From positions 930,001-994,000 of the forward strand of contig CM039009.1 in assembly GCA_017499595.2 (NCBI GenBank): 64,000 nucleotides of DNA, written 5' to 3'. Below, piece after piece: positions 39,301 to 50,309 of this stretch. The DNA is from Psilocybe cubensis. Its lineage: Eukaryota. Every line of letters begins with the position of its first letter. Position 1 is the stretch's first letter. Both the position numbers and the translations under genes were made by a program. Under the pieces are notes generated by a model. The model did no database searches, was not told where the DNA came from, and was given only the letters and a program-made list of their open reading frames with translations.

Positions 39301-41782
39301 GGATAATCACACACAAATTTCACCATCAGCTTATTTTCCCTGCTTGTACGTTGTGTTCACTAATTCCGTTGTCATGAACTTTTGGGTTAATGTTGTACAT
39401 GTGGCAGATTTTATCATTATTCCTATTATATTCTACATTGTTGTTTTTGCTGCTGGGTTGGATTTGGGACACCTACGTAGGACAGGTTGGATTTTTGACA
39501 TGGGTGCTTCTGCACAAGAACCCTGGTATAAATTCTACAGTTACTTCAGTACGTACTCGCATTTCCATCTTCTCGTGTTTTCTTCGGATCTGATTTACTC
39601 TTTGCGGGAACAGACTTTGGGTTGGTTCGTTATAGTGCATTGTGGTCAACTTTGCCCACCCAATTCGCATTGTGAGTATTTTTCCTAGAATTTGCCTCTT
39701 TTCTGTATCTGATCATTGGATACAAAGACTATTTTTCAACATTCTTCATCCTCCCTTGAATGTACCCGCTCTCGGTCAGTAATGCCTTCTTGGTAGCTTT
39801 ATGCTTGGTTATTCATACTTTTATTATTTGTAGCTGTATCTCTCAATGACGACGTCGACACGAACAAGGAACTTGTTGCACATGGATACTCTAATCTTCT
39901 AGCAGGACTTATTGGCACAGTGTAAAACTCGTTTGATAAATTTCCAGGTGTTGAAGCCACTGACACTTTGATTATCAGTCCAAATTATCTCGTATATGTA
40001 AACACTCTTCTGTACGTGCCATCTTGCCAAATACCCTCATTACTCCTATTAACGTCTCCACAGATTCTATCGCGTGGGCGGAGACAATCGTATTTCTGGA
40101 TTTTTGCTCGCTGTCGCTACTGCCATTTTGCTTGTAATTGGCACTGCGCCCATTGCATTTATACGTAAGGGCTATTTCTTAATAACCTTGGCACACTGAC
40201 CTTACAATCTCATGTAGCTATAATGGTCGTTGGGGCCTTAATTTTTGTCTTGGGTATCGATCTCGTGAAGGAGGCCGTTTGGGATAACCGGCATCGCGTC
40301 AGCTGGTACGCCGCAGCTTTTATATTCGGTGGAAGTACTAATCTCATTGTTTCAGGTCTGAGTATATCACAATCATCAGCATTATGGTGTGCATGACCGT
40401 CTGGGACTTTGTCATTGGTGTATTATTTGGGATCATTGTTTGCTGTATGCTCATTTTTCTGGAATCTGGATCTATCTTTTTGTTGATTAACATACTGCAG
40501 GTTTCTTTTTTGTTGTTCAAAATTCGCAGCTACGCAGTGTACGTGCCATGTACACAGGAGATCTGGCTATGTCGGCTGTTCGTCGCCCCAGTTTACAACG
40601 CGCATATATCCGAGAAGTTTCGAAGCAGACAACTATTCTCCGTCTCCAAGGTATAATTATAGTATTTACAAATCTGTGGTGCACTCATTTCTATCCATAG
40701 GTTTCCTATTCTTTGGCACAATTACTTACGTGGAAGAAACTATACGCAGCCTGCTGGAAGGTCCATATTGGGAGCAGCATCTACTTTCTTTTCTTGTCCT
40801 CGATCTATCACTCGTTGCGGGCATTGATATGTCCTCCGCGGAGGCATTTGTTCGAATCCAGAGGCTCCTGGCTGCAAAAAGAGTGACCCTTGTCTTCTGT
40901 GGCTTTACAGCTGATTCTCCAATTGGAAATGCTCTACGCAGCGTTGATGTGATAGGCACAAACGGTGTCGAGCTTTTCACTACTTTCAGTGATGCCATGG
41001 AATGGACTGAAAATGCATATCTACGGGCGTGGTTCAGGTCACAGAAGATGGAAACCTCGCCACATAGTCTTGGTACGTCCAGTAATCTACCAAACCCTCA
41101 CTGTCTTTCTGATCTTCAACCTTCTCAAAATAGCTGTACCAAGCCGACGAGATGCAGACATCGAATATAGCCACCTGGTTGGATCATTCGTTCGCTCTCC
41201 CCGGCGCTCTCATCTGCGCGATGTCGGCGATCGCACTATCGCAGCGGAAGTTTTCTCGGAACCACATCCAGATATCAACTACGAACCCCTGAACGCCGTT
41301 GCGAAAGCGTTTTCCTCGTACGGACATGTTGATCCCGTCCTCTTCCGGCCCATCAGCAGGTATCTGGAGCGGATTTCAATACCGGCAGGGCATGTCCTCT
41401 GGCGGCAAGGCGACCAATCTAATGGGTTGTACGTTATTGAGTCTGGAGTGATGAGAGCGTCCTACCAGTTCGCTGGAAACGAGCATTTCGAGGAGTCAAT
41501 GGTCGCTGGCACATTAGCGGGCGAGATGTCGGCTCTTGCGGACTCGCCGAGGAATGCGACGGTTGTGGCAGAACAGCCATCGGTGCTGTGGAAATTCAGT
41601 AATGAGAACATTCAACGCTTGCAGGTCGAGGAACCGGAATTGGCGAGGGTATTTATTCAACTTGTCCTCAAAGGTTGGTGGTTTTGGTGTCCCTTGAGTG
41701 GCTAGAATCTGACTTTTTTAAATGAATAGCTGCGAATATGGATTATGACATCCTACTGTCTGCTATTGCATCCAGGCAGTAA
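36383..41782 (+). CDS. VSB1: SulP/SLC26 transporter with STAS and cyclic-nucleotide-binding domains (Vsb1/Ygr125w-like vacuolar basic amino acid transporter), many exons
   Basis: IPAVLLGCLLNILDGVSYGMIIFP, GANGSMMIEVVPFFH, FNILHPPLNVPAL, KELVAHGYSN, STAS motif GFLFFGT...LDLSLVAGIDMSSAEAF, cNMP domain LWRQGDQSNGLYVIESG...GTLAGE...PRNATV. Confidence 0.88.
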
Positions 41783-42091
41783 CAAAAGTATCTGACTTAT
41801 TTTTTGTCTATTTATTTATCACATCTCGCTGTTCCATCTTATCGCACAAAAACCAGGTTTTTGCTACTCCTTCATCATTCTGCTTTTTTTCTTTTCAAAT
41901 TCTTTTCAAAACGCTGTTCATTTCACACATGCACGACAATTCATGCCAAATTCATAGACAAATACGAGACACGGACACATTTCTTATCATCCTTTCTCAT
42001 GCTTTCATGGTGTAATTCATTGCTGTCTTTCCGGTAGAAAATCATATTCACGTCTGACGGGGTTTATTGCTATTATACAAACTTGAACCGG

Positions 42092-43681
42092 TCAATTGGA
42101 AAGCACCCATACAACTCCTTTTCGATCCATAAATTTAAAGGTTCTGGCCTGGGTGCATTTAACAACATCATCGAGTACCTGCTTGTCCATCCAGCCATCG
42201 AGGGCCTCTGTCATTAATCCCAAGGGTAGCCCAGAATCTGTAGTTAAGTATTCATTGTAGGTGGGTTCATATAGATTAGATTTGACTGTGAACGTTTTCA
42301 TCGTCACAGAACCAGAAGGAATCGTGAAAGCCTTGGTCCTGGAGAGCATGGATTTCATCATACTCTCAAGGCATCCTGTTGAAAGTTTTCCTTCATAAGT
42401 GAATATCTCCAGTACGGGCAAACGGAACGCTGTAGTGTTGTCTGAAGGGAGGCGCAAAACATCAAAGAAAGATGCTCCCAAACCAGCAGTTGTCCAAAAA
42501 GGGTCTTTGATGTGGAGTTTTTGTAGAGTGGGTATAACGTCTAGAAAGTGTATTAATTGTTGCTCATCTTCAGACTCGAGAGTGATTGTTAAGAAGAGCT
42601 CTGTTAGATGACAGTGGGATTGTTGAAGGAAAGGGGTCAAAATCTCGGTGAATAGTTCCGGTGAGTTTTCCTGCACCTTTACGTCCAAGGTTTGAAGCCC
42701 AGGGGTGCTGAGACTGCAGAAGAGGGTTCCAAGACTGTATTCGCGTAAGGATGTTACACAAAGTATTCGTAATTCATGGTGCACTACCACGGTGTCAACC
42801 ATGTCGGGGTTGTATTGTACACGTACTTCGTTGAAGTGAATTTCTCGGAGGTTAAAAAATGAATCCATAAGATATTGCAGATGAAATCCACTGTGAGAGA
42901 GTAAGGACAGGTTGGAAATTTGGTCAAAAGAAATGATGCCTTTGAAAGCTCGAATCAATCCGCTCATGTAATAACCTTCCAAAGTCAGGTTGTTGACGCA
43001 TGGTAGACAGATTTTAGATGAGCGGTCCAGATGACTTCCCGCATAATAGATTACAGAAGGATCGATGTAGATAAAAGACGAGAGTCGTGACAAACACTGC
43101 GGTACCGCCGTGTAGCTTTCAAGTACCATTCTAAGGCTCTGAATGGACCGTTGACTCGGACCATGAAGACTGAGGGTCCGCAACCGGGTGGAATCCCCAA
43201 GTAAAATTGCATAAAATTCGATAGGCAGTCTTGCATATCCGTCGCGTTCTTCGATGTAAACATCCAGCTCGCTCAGCTTCGACCGAACTAGCCACTCTTT
43301 GAGCAATATCAAGTTAAGCCCCACGTCAGTCTGTCTTGCGGTACGGATGATTAACGTTGACCATAGCTCGGCACAAGACCAGATAAACTTCCTCCAGGAT
43401 ATGCAGACTTGACCGATAGTTAAAGGGTTGCTTTTCCTACGCCAACGAACATTTCCTGGAATTCGTTGGAATGCATGACGGAATATCTGAACTGTTATCT
43501 CTGGCGGAAATGCTAAAGGATCACAAGGATGGTTTATCTGTAGTGGACTCAGCCAAGCTGTAATGGCCGTAGTACATTCCGTTGTAAGTTTTGGAGGGTC
43601 CGTACCTTGGTCATAAGTGTTCGGTGACGCTATGTAGTAACTTGGTAGTGATCTTTGCCCAAAATTTCTTGCAGGGTCCAC
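42092..43681 (-). CDS. F-box-like / LRR protein, intronless; no in-frame ATG at the 5' end (GTG in Kozak-like context)
   Basis: FPPEITVQIFRHAF...LTIGQVCISWRKFIWSCAELWS, LLKEWLVRSKLSELDVYI, LPVLEIFTYEG. Confidence 0.75.
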   Translation of the reverse strand: MDPARNFGQRSLPSYYIASPNTYDQGTDPPKLTTECTTAITAWLSPLQINHPCDPLAFPPEITVQIFRHAFQRIPGNVRWRRKSNPLTIGQVCISWRKFIWSCAELWSTLIIRTARQTDVGLNLILLKEWLVRSKLSELDVYIEERDGYARLPIEFYAILLGDSTRLRTLSLHGPSQRSIQSLRMVLESYTAVPQCLSRLSSFIYIDPSVIYYAGSHLDRSSKICLPCVNNLTLEGYYMSGLIRAFKGIISFDQISNLSLLSHSGFHLQYLMDSFFNLREIHFNEVRVQYNPDMVDTVVVHHELRILCVTSLREYSLGTLFCSLSTPGLQTLDVKVQENSPELFTEILTPFLQQSHCHLTELFLTITLESEDEQQLIHFLDVIPTLQKLHIKDPFWTTAGLGASFFDVLRLPSDNTTAFRLPVLEIFTYEGKLSTGCLESMMKSMLSRTKAFTIPSGSVTMKTFTVKSNLYEPTYNEYLTTDSGLPLGLMTEALDGWMDKQVLDDVVKCTQARTFKFMDRKGVVWVLSN

Positions 43682-43838
43682 GGTGATAACGTTTGCTGAA
43701 TGCTGAGTAAGCAGGTAACCGACGGCTATCGTGGGCGTTCTGGGGTTGACCCTATTATTGACCCAGCCATCAAGGAGCGCGCAACCCTGGACCGACTACT
43801 CTGGTCTTCGTCTCCCAAGGCGTCCTCTCGGATTCAAT

Positions 43839-45674
43839 ATGGACTTTAAATTGGCGGACCTACTAACGCACAACCATGCACCAGCCGCTGAAGTCGTCAC
43901 AAGCGTCAAAAACCTCCTCGTGGGACCCATGAAGCGGTTGGAAGAGATTCAGGCAGAAATAGAGCGCCACGAGCGCACGTTGGCTGCTCTCAGAGAAGAA
44001 GCCAACACTGTTACGAAATCAATGGAAGATTATAACACCATCATCTCGCCTGTGCGAAGGGTTCCGGAAGACGTTCTGCTCGCCATTTTCCATGAATGCT
44101 TGCCAGCTCACCGGAATCCAGTAATGAGCTCATCAGAGGCACCCATGCTGCTAACCCATGTGTGCAGCACCTGGCGGTCGCTGGTCCTTGATTCTCCTAC
44201 ATTATGGGCACGAATACATATCACATTTTCGGACGAGGACCGCTTAGTTCAGCCAAACCAACTTCCTTCTACGGACAGGCATGCTAGCGCGGACCTCGAC
44301 ACTGTGAAAGCAATGCAAAGCCGCTGCAATAGGGTTGAGGAGTGGCTCAGTCATGCTCAGGCGTGCCCTCTGTCGATTTCTATCCATTATGAGAGTCGCA
44401 CTTGGCACTCCCAAATAGATGAAACCGAGGACCTTACATTAAGGTTATTCAAGATTGTTTGTCGACACGCTCGGCAATGGAGCAGTATCGAAGTTACTGG
44501 ACTTCCGTATCCAGTTTTTCTGAGGATGGACAAACTAATTGCACACGATGAGTTACCTATGCTGAGTCAGTTGAAGCTAGGTATCAACCATCTTCCCGGC
44601 GCGTCCGATTACCAACAACATGCACTGAACATTTTGGAGGCCCCTAACCTTCGAAGCGTGTCTCTTTATATGCCCAAATGGAAGTTAAGTGAGCCGCGGC
44701 TGTCATCCACTTGGCCAACAATCACATATCTTTGCCTTCATAACCCATCTCCTGTACGCGAGATTTTCTCAGTGCTCCAAATCTGCCAGAATCTTGTACA
44801 CTGCAAATTCTACTTGGAGGATTTCTCTGGGTCTGAATCTGCGACTGGCATAGCAGTGCTGAATCATCTTAGATACCTTCATATCTTCGAGGAAGCTTCG
44901 CATCAAATGGCAACACACCTCTATTCCGCCATCTATGCCCCTCATATCCAACGGCTTATCTATCAGAAACATCTATATGACCCTGGAGAGCTTGAGGATA
45001 AATCGGTTCAATCTCCAATTCTTCTCCTCCTTCGGCAAGCGTCTGGGCTCAAGAAACTAACCTTGGAGCCAAAAGCTTTGTCTAAAGCTAACACTCTTAG
45101 AGCTCTTCAAGCCCTTCCCTCGCTAACCCATCTTGTGATTGGCTCGGAAACCCCCATCTTTCCCCGTCCTTTTGCAAGTCGAAGTGCAAACTTTTCACGC
45201 GTCTATCGTCGGTCACCTGCCAACGAAAGATTCAACCTCAAAATATTATCAATCCCTAGTCCAAACCAACCATTTCCCTCATTATCATTTTCGTCTGTTG
45301 GCGACCCCATTGATCCTCCAGGGATTCTTCTACCAAAACTCGAGGTCTTCGAAACAACCGAGTCAGAAGCCGCCCCAATCATATCAGACGCAACCCTGAA
45401 AGAGTTCATTACAAGCCGTCTATACTCATATTCAAAGGGGGAAGTAGCGCCACTAAGACGCGTTCGGGCCACTTTTGACAGGGCTAGAACGGAAGATATT
45501 GGAGAGGACGTTCGCCGCCATGCGAACGCTGTGGGTGTGGACCTTACGTTGGAGGTAGATTACTTGCCACCGGCGACCTCGAAACCTCAAGTACCTCTTT
45601 CGCCCAACTATCTGCTTCAGGATTCGAGGGCCCCCACTTGGCCTCATACGGAATTCGAAGAATACGTATGCTGA
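43839..45674 (+). CDS. F-box-like / LRR protein with an N-terminal coiled coil, intronless
   Basis: Heptad segment LEEIQAEIERHERTLAALREE, then ISPVRRVPEDVLLAIFHECLP...APMLLTHVCSTWRSLVLDSPTLWARI, WLSHAQACPLSI and LLPKLEVF. Confidence 0.85.
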   Translation: MDFKLADLLTHNHAPAAEVVTSVKNLLVGPMKRLEEIQAEIERHERTLAALREEANTVTKSMEDYNTIISPVRRVPEDVLLAIFHECLPAHRNPVMSSSEAPMLLTHVCSTWRSLVLDSPTLWARIHITFSDEDRLVQPNQLPSTDRHASADLDTVKAMQSRCNRVEEWLSHAQACPLSISIHYESRTWHSQIDETEDLTLRLFKIVCRHARQWSSIEVTGLPYPVFLRMDKLIAHDELPMLSQLKLGINHLPGASDYQQHALNILEAPNLRSVSLYMPKWKLSEPRLSSTWPTITYLCLHNPSPVREIFSVLQICQNLVHCKFYLEDFSGSESATGIAVLNHLRYLHIFEEASHQMATHLYSAIYAPHIQRLIYQKHLYDPGELEDKSVQSPILLLLRQASGLKKLTLEPKALSKANTLRALQALPSLTHLVIGSETPIFPRPFASRSANFSRVYRRSPANERFNLKILSIPSPNQPFPSLSFSSVGDPIDPPGILLPKLEVFETTESEAAPIISDATLKEFITSRLYSYSKGEVAPLRRVRATFDRARTEDIGEDVRRHANAVGVDLTLEVDYLPPATSKPQVPLSPNYLLQDSRAPTWPHTEFEEYVC

Positions 45675-45905
45675 ATATTCTATTTATTATTAGCGTGTCT
45701 CTTGTATACCCAAGTCCCAGAGCTTTCAAAATGTATATCGCTACCACGGTCATTTCCCCTGGCTGTAACATCATCCTGGAATTATTACACCAAATCATAT
45801 ACCCAATCTCAATCTCCTGTAAACCACCTTCGATGTAATAAATATATTTCAAATCTTTCTGGGTTCCTGTCTACACAGAGTACCACCTGTTTGCATACGT
45901 TCTTT

Positions 45906-47573
45906 TCACTCCCACACCATGCCATCAGAATCAAGCAAGGTGATAAATCCAACCTCTACCATTCTAATCAGCTCCCATACATACTGTGGGTCATGATATT
46001 CAGCAATCGAGAAACTCATTCCAGCGGCTTTCTCAGCCTGTATCCTGACCCTCTTCAAAATTGATATATCATGTCTAGGGTCACCATCTGTTGCATTGCC
46101 CGAGTCAAGATCCCTCATGCGCGACCTTAGCATGAACGGCTCTAGAAAATCAATGTCGTCCACCGACAACATGCCTCGGTATTCCAACACTTCAAGACGC
46201 GGAAGGAAATCGGGGAATAGATATGGGTGAAAGTAGACAAAGAAGGCATCGTTCAAGCCGGAAAACGCGCCCTGTACTTTATTTCTCCTGATTATTTTTT
46301 TCCGTTTCTTTACAATTCCCATGGTGTCATAGTCCAGGATGTGGAGTTCCTTGAGCGGGGAGATGACATCTGCAGAAAGGAACTCGATGAGGTCACAGTC
46401 CTCGGTGTTGCACATTGATTCTGTGGTCAGACTGGTGAGTATACATCCCGAACGTCTGATGAAGGGCAGAAGGAATTTGGTGTGTTGGAACACTTCGGGG
46501 ATAATGATATATATCTTCTCGAGTGCCGGGAAGCAGAGCTGGTGGACGAGCAGATTGAAAAGGAAATCGCTTTCGACTTCGATATTGAAAACGCGGAGCC
46601 TTTCGTGGATTATGGGTCGCGAGGCGGCATTGAATTCCAGCTTGCGAACTACGGAGCATTTTGACAGGGTAAGCTCAGTAAGATTTGGGAGTTGATCTAG
46701 GAGCTCCCGAGGAACGATTCTTAGAACAAAGGAAAGTGTTAGTTGTGTAATACCCTTGGTAGAGAGGTTGAGGAACATGTCAGATTTCATTATAATGGAA
46801 GAGAATGTTAGCTCTCGTAACAAAGGCGCCTGTGAGAGGTCCAGAGGTAGATTGGCACGCCAATCATCATTTTTTCCTGTGCCATGTAAAGACGCTGTTT
46901 GGAGGTTGTCCAACGGAATCACGCGCTCTTCCGAGTGGAGCGCATCGTTTCTTGAGCTGGCGTTGGATTGTCCAAGGCGACGCATACGGTCCTTTCGTGT
47001 ATTAGTTTTGGTTCCCAAAAGAGAAATAAACTGGTATCTTTTCTTCGACAGGTGGAACTTGATCGTCCTCCACTGATGAGCATGCCGAACCAGCAGAGTT
47101 AGCAGCAGGTCAACGGGATCAATGGTGAGTGAGGAAGAGTCGCATTCGTTTTCTTCAAGATATATATCTAGTGGCCTGCCCTTTGCACGAGAGATCCACT
47201 CCTTTAGAAGATTGACTTGTGATATGATCCTCTCATTGGGACCCCTGACTTTTACGATTATCGTCTGCCATATCTCTGATGACCCCCAAACAAAACCACG
47301 CCAAGACCTGGAAACCTGGCCTAGCTTCAGCGGGTGTAGCTGACGCTCCCATCTTGGATTTGAGTCTAGGTCTAGAAAGGGATCAGGATAGGGCTGGCAA
47401 GTGTAAAAGAAAATAAGGGAAGAGATGTCGGCGGGTAATCTAGGAAGAAAGTCGGTCATTGTAGACATAATCGGTACCGTATTAGGGTCTTCATCACATT
47501 GGTCCGAGTCTGTCTGGGTAGCATTCAGCGGTAGAGGTTTGTTAGAAGTAGGCTCTGAGAGATTGGATGCCAT
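45906..47573 (-). CDS. F-box-like / LRR protein, intronless
   Basis: LPADISSLIFFYTC...PLKLGQVSRSWRGFVWGSSEIWQTI, LLKEWISRAKGRPLDIYL, FLPRLEVLEYRG. Confidence 0.85.
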   Translation of the reverse strand: MASNLSEPTSNKPLPLNATQTDSDQCDEDPNTVPIMSTMTDFLPRLPADISSLIFFYTCQPYPDPFLDLDSNPRWERQLHPLKLGQVSRSWRGFVWGSSEIWQTIIVKVRGPNERIISQVNLLKEWISRAKGRPLDIYLEENECDSSSLTIDPVDLLLTLLVRHAHQWRTIKFHLSKKRYQFISLLGTKTNTRKDRMRRLGQSNASSRNDALHSEERVIPLDNLQTASLHGTGKNDDWRANLPLDLSQAPLLRELTFSSIIMKSDMFLNLSTKGITQLTLSFVLRIVPRELLDQLPNLTELTLSKCSVVRKLEFNAASRPIIHERLRVFNIEVESDFLFNLLVHQLCFPALEKIYIIIPEVFQHTKFLLPFIRRSGCILTSLTTESMCNTEDCDLIEFLSADVISPLKELHILDYDTMGIVKKRKKIIRRNKVQGAFSGLNDAFFVYFHPYLFPDFLPRLEVLEYRGMLSVDDIDFLEPFMLRSRMRDLDSGNATDGDPRHDISILKRVRIQAEKAAGMSFSIAEYHDPQYVWELIRMVEVGFITLLDSDGMVWE

Positions 47574-48557
47574 ATGTTAATGCGGAAGCGATGTGTGGTC
47601 CCCTTGTTGATTTTCTGAATCTGCGGTAGGAGTTAATGGTTGGAAGTAAGAAGGCCTTTCATATGAAGGCAAACAATAGGGTTCTTAAAACCGCCCACGG
47701 TGCCCTGCTTCGCTGGCGTTGCAGTTTGGCCCCAGGGTTGGTTATGGTTAATAAATTCTCCAAACCTGTGCTGATCATGATAAGTAGTGGCATAGCTACC
47801 CACGAGGTCAGCGAGACCAATTTTAGCGCTCGTCTAATCTCCGATCAACTCGTAACAACGGTGACCGTTCCCAGTGGAAAACCCATGATTCGTGAACACT
47901 ATTAGTAGTTTTGAATAAAAGTTTCAAGCACATTCGAAACACCATGCGATAAAGGTCAGACTCTATGCGCACTGTGGAGCCTTTTTTACAGTATTTTTTG
48001 ATATCATAATCATTACATTTGCATTGCTAAGTAGTAGAGTTCTGATTTCTGAGTCTCAGTTTATTCAGTTGGTACAACAATGAAGTAAATAGCTAGAGCT
48101 TGAAGACTGATTAGTTAAATCGTATGGTCTAACCTCAAATGGTCGAAGGGTCAACGGTCAATAGCTAGCAAGCAGCGAGTGTTATAAATTAGATCTCCCC
48201 AGTTTCTACTCAGATTCGCTCAAGCGATATCGATGCATTTAATCTTCGTCTTCGGATGTTTCCTGGAATGGTGTGGCAAGCCAGAACGAAGATATGGCCC
48301 GCTACGTCTAACAGAAATGATGTGGGGTTGAGAGTCTGACTTCTTTCATTGTCCAAGTCGGACATGCTCAACACTCAATGTGGTCCTGATGAACATTGAA
48401 GAGAAACATTAGGATTGTCAACGCAGCATCGGCACAAATGACGGAAGCGGGATGACAAATGTCGGCCCTGATTTACAGCAACAATTTACCACAATATTCC
48501 CACGGCCTCTCGCCGACAACCACGACGAGCACGACTTTTTTCTAGACGTTCCAGACG

Positions 48558-49970
48558 ATGCCGAAGTTGTCGTCGCCCCTAGGGCCCATCACACGCACAT
48601 TCTCCGACATAATACACGCCTTTGTCGCTGCCGTCGCCAGATTGGACAAATCCCTGAACCCCGCAGTGACCTTGAACCGACTGCGCGCACACAACTTTAC
48701 GCGTTGGGACTCCCTTTATATCTTCCATTTTGCCAATGCTACCTTCTGGATAACGCTGATGCAGGATCCAGCATATCCGAAGAAGCTGGCAATTCCTATC
48801 CTATATGCAATTGCTCTGCTTATTCCATTTACAAGTCAGTTTTTCGTCCCAGCGACCCCAGTGTTCAGTTGGATTCTCTCGTGGTATTCCTCAAGGTTCA
48901 TGCCATCGGCATGGAGGCCGTCGATTTCAGTATCTCTTCTCCCCACTCTTGAATCCGTGCTCTATGGTGCCAACATATCCGACATTCTTACCCGGTTCAC
49001 CCACCCTATTCTCGACATTCTTGCATGGCTTCCGTACGGTGTTGTGCATTTTACGTGCCCATTTGTCGTCGCCATTTTTCTCTGGCTTTTCCGCTCCAAG
49101 CAGACCCTCCACTTATGGGCCCGTACTTTCGGGTACATGAACTTGGTTGGTGTCCTCATTCAAATCGTTCTTCCTTGTTCCCCCCCTTGGTACGAGCTTA
49201 TTCACGGCCTCACACCCGCCAATTACGGAATGAAGGGTTCCCCTGGTGGTCTTGCCCGCATTGACGCTTTATTCCACTCCTCTTCGTATACCACCGGTTT
49301 CACCAACTCTCCCTTGGTATTTGGCGCTTTCCCCTCACTTCATGCTGGCAACGCCACCCTGGAAGCCTTCTTCCTTTCCCATTTCTTCCCCCAGGTACGA
49401 AATTACATTTGGGCATACGCCACCGTGCTTTATTGGGCAACCATGTACCTTACGCATCACTACCTCATCGATGTCGTCGGTGGTGCATGTTTGGCTACTG
49501 CATTCTTCTATCTTTTCCTTCCAGATGAACTCCGTGGTCCTGCAGCACTTGCTCCTCCTCCAAATCTTAACCTTGCCAGTCATTCGAGGAATAAATATAA
49601 CCAATACGATCTCGAAGACCCACGAGCAGCTCCTTTAAATGGCTACGGTCGTGGTGGAGTGATGCTTTCCGCTCGTGAGTTTGACGCAATAAGCGAACCA
49701 AGTTCAGAAGAAGAGGAAGATATTACCTACAGATCACCGGTACCTGGTGCGACATCATTCCCAGCTGGTGTACATGATAGTGCGGCTCCAATGCTAGCAT
49801 CCGCACCCCCAGGGAAGAAAGGACCTGCCGCGAGCACACGAGGAAGGGGACATCGGCATACAGCATCAATTGCCAGTTTGATTCGAGGTGAAGAAAGGGG
49901 TCCAGAAGATGGCTGGAGTCCTGTTGCTGGCTCATTCCCAGGTGGAAATGGTCGCGGACGCGTGGATTGA
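48558..49970 (+). CDS. AUR1: Inositol phosphorylceramide synthase (aureobasidin A target), intronless
   Basis: LPTLESVLYGANISDIL, LDILAWLPYGVVHF, PPWYE, SPGGLARID, FGAFPSLHAG and WATMYLTHHYLIDVVGG catalytic motifs. Confidence 0.95.
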   Translation: MPKLSSPLGPITRTFSDIIHAFVAAVARLDKSLNPAVTLNRLRAHNFTRWDSLYIFHFANATFWITLMQDPAYPKKLAIPILYAIALLIPFTSQFFVPATPVFSWILSWYSSRFMPSAWRPSISVSLLPTLESVLYGANISDILTRFTHPILDILAWLPYGVVHFTCPFVVAIFLWLFRSKQTLHLWARTFGYMNLVGVLIQIVLPCSPPWYELIHGLTPANYGMKGSPGGLARIDALFHSSSYTTGFTNSPLVFGAFPSLHAGNATLEAFFLSHFFPQVRNYIWAYATVLYWATMYLTHHYLIDVVGGACLATAFFYLFLPDELRGPAALAPPPNLNLASHSRNKYNQYDLEDPRAAPLNGYGRGGVMLSAREFDAISEPSSEEEEDITYRSPVPGATSFPAGVHDSAAPMLASAPPGKKGPAASTRGRGHRHTASIASLIRGEERGPEDGWSPVAGSFPGGNGRGRVD

Positions 49971-50309
49971 GATTGAAGACTGAGTTGTAGGGTGGATGGG
50001 TGGACGTTGGGAAATGCAAGGACGGTTCGAGTTACCATATACCACTTTCTTTACGCCTCCATTTACCTTCATTTGCTTCCTTGTCTTCGGCTCAATTAGA
50101 TGTCGAACACATACACCTATGCAGCTTTCGAGACTGCTTTCCACGGTAGCACCACCATATATCGCACATAGATACATAATTTATTTACGACGACCATATC
50201 TGCTTCTATCATGTGACCGCCCAATGTGTTGATCAGAAGTGGGTTTTCTGGAGACATCAATGATCGTCGTCACCACTCATCTTTCCCTTTACACAGCTAA
50301 ATCAACCCC

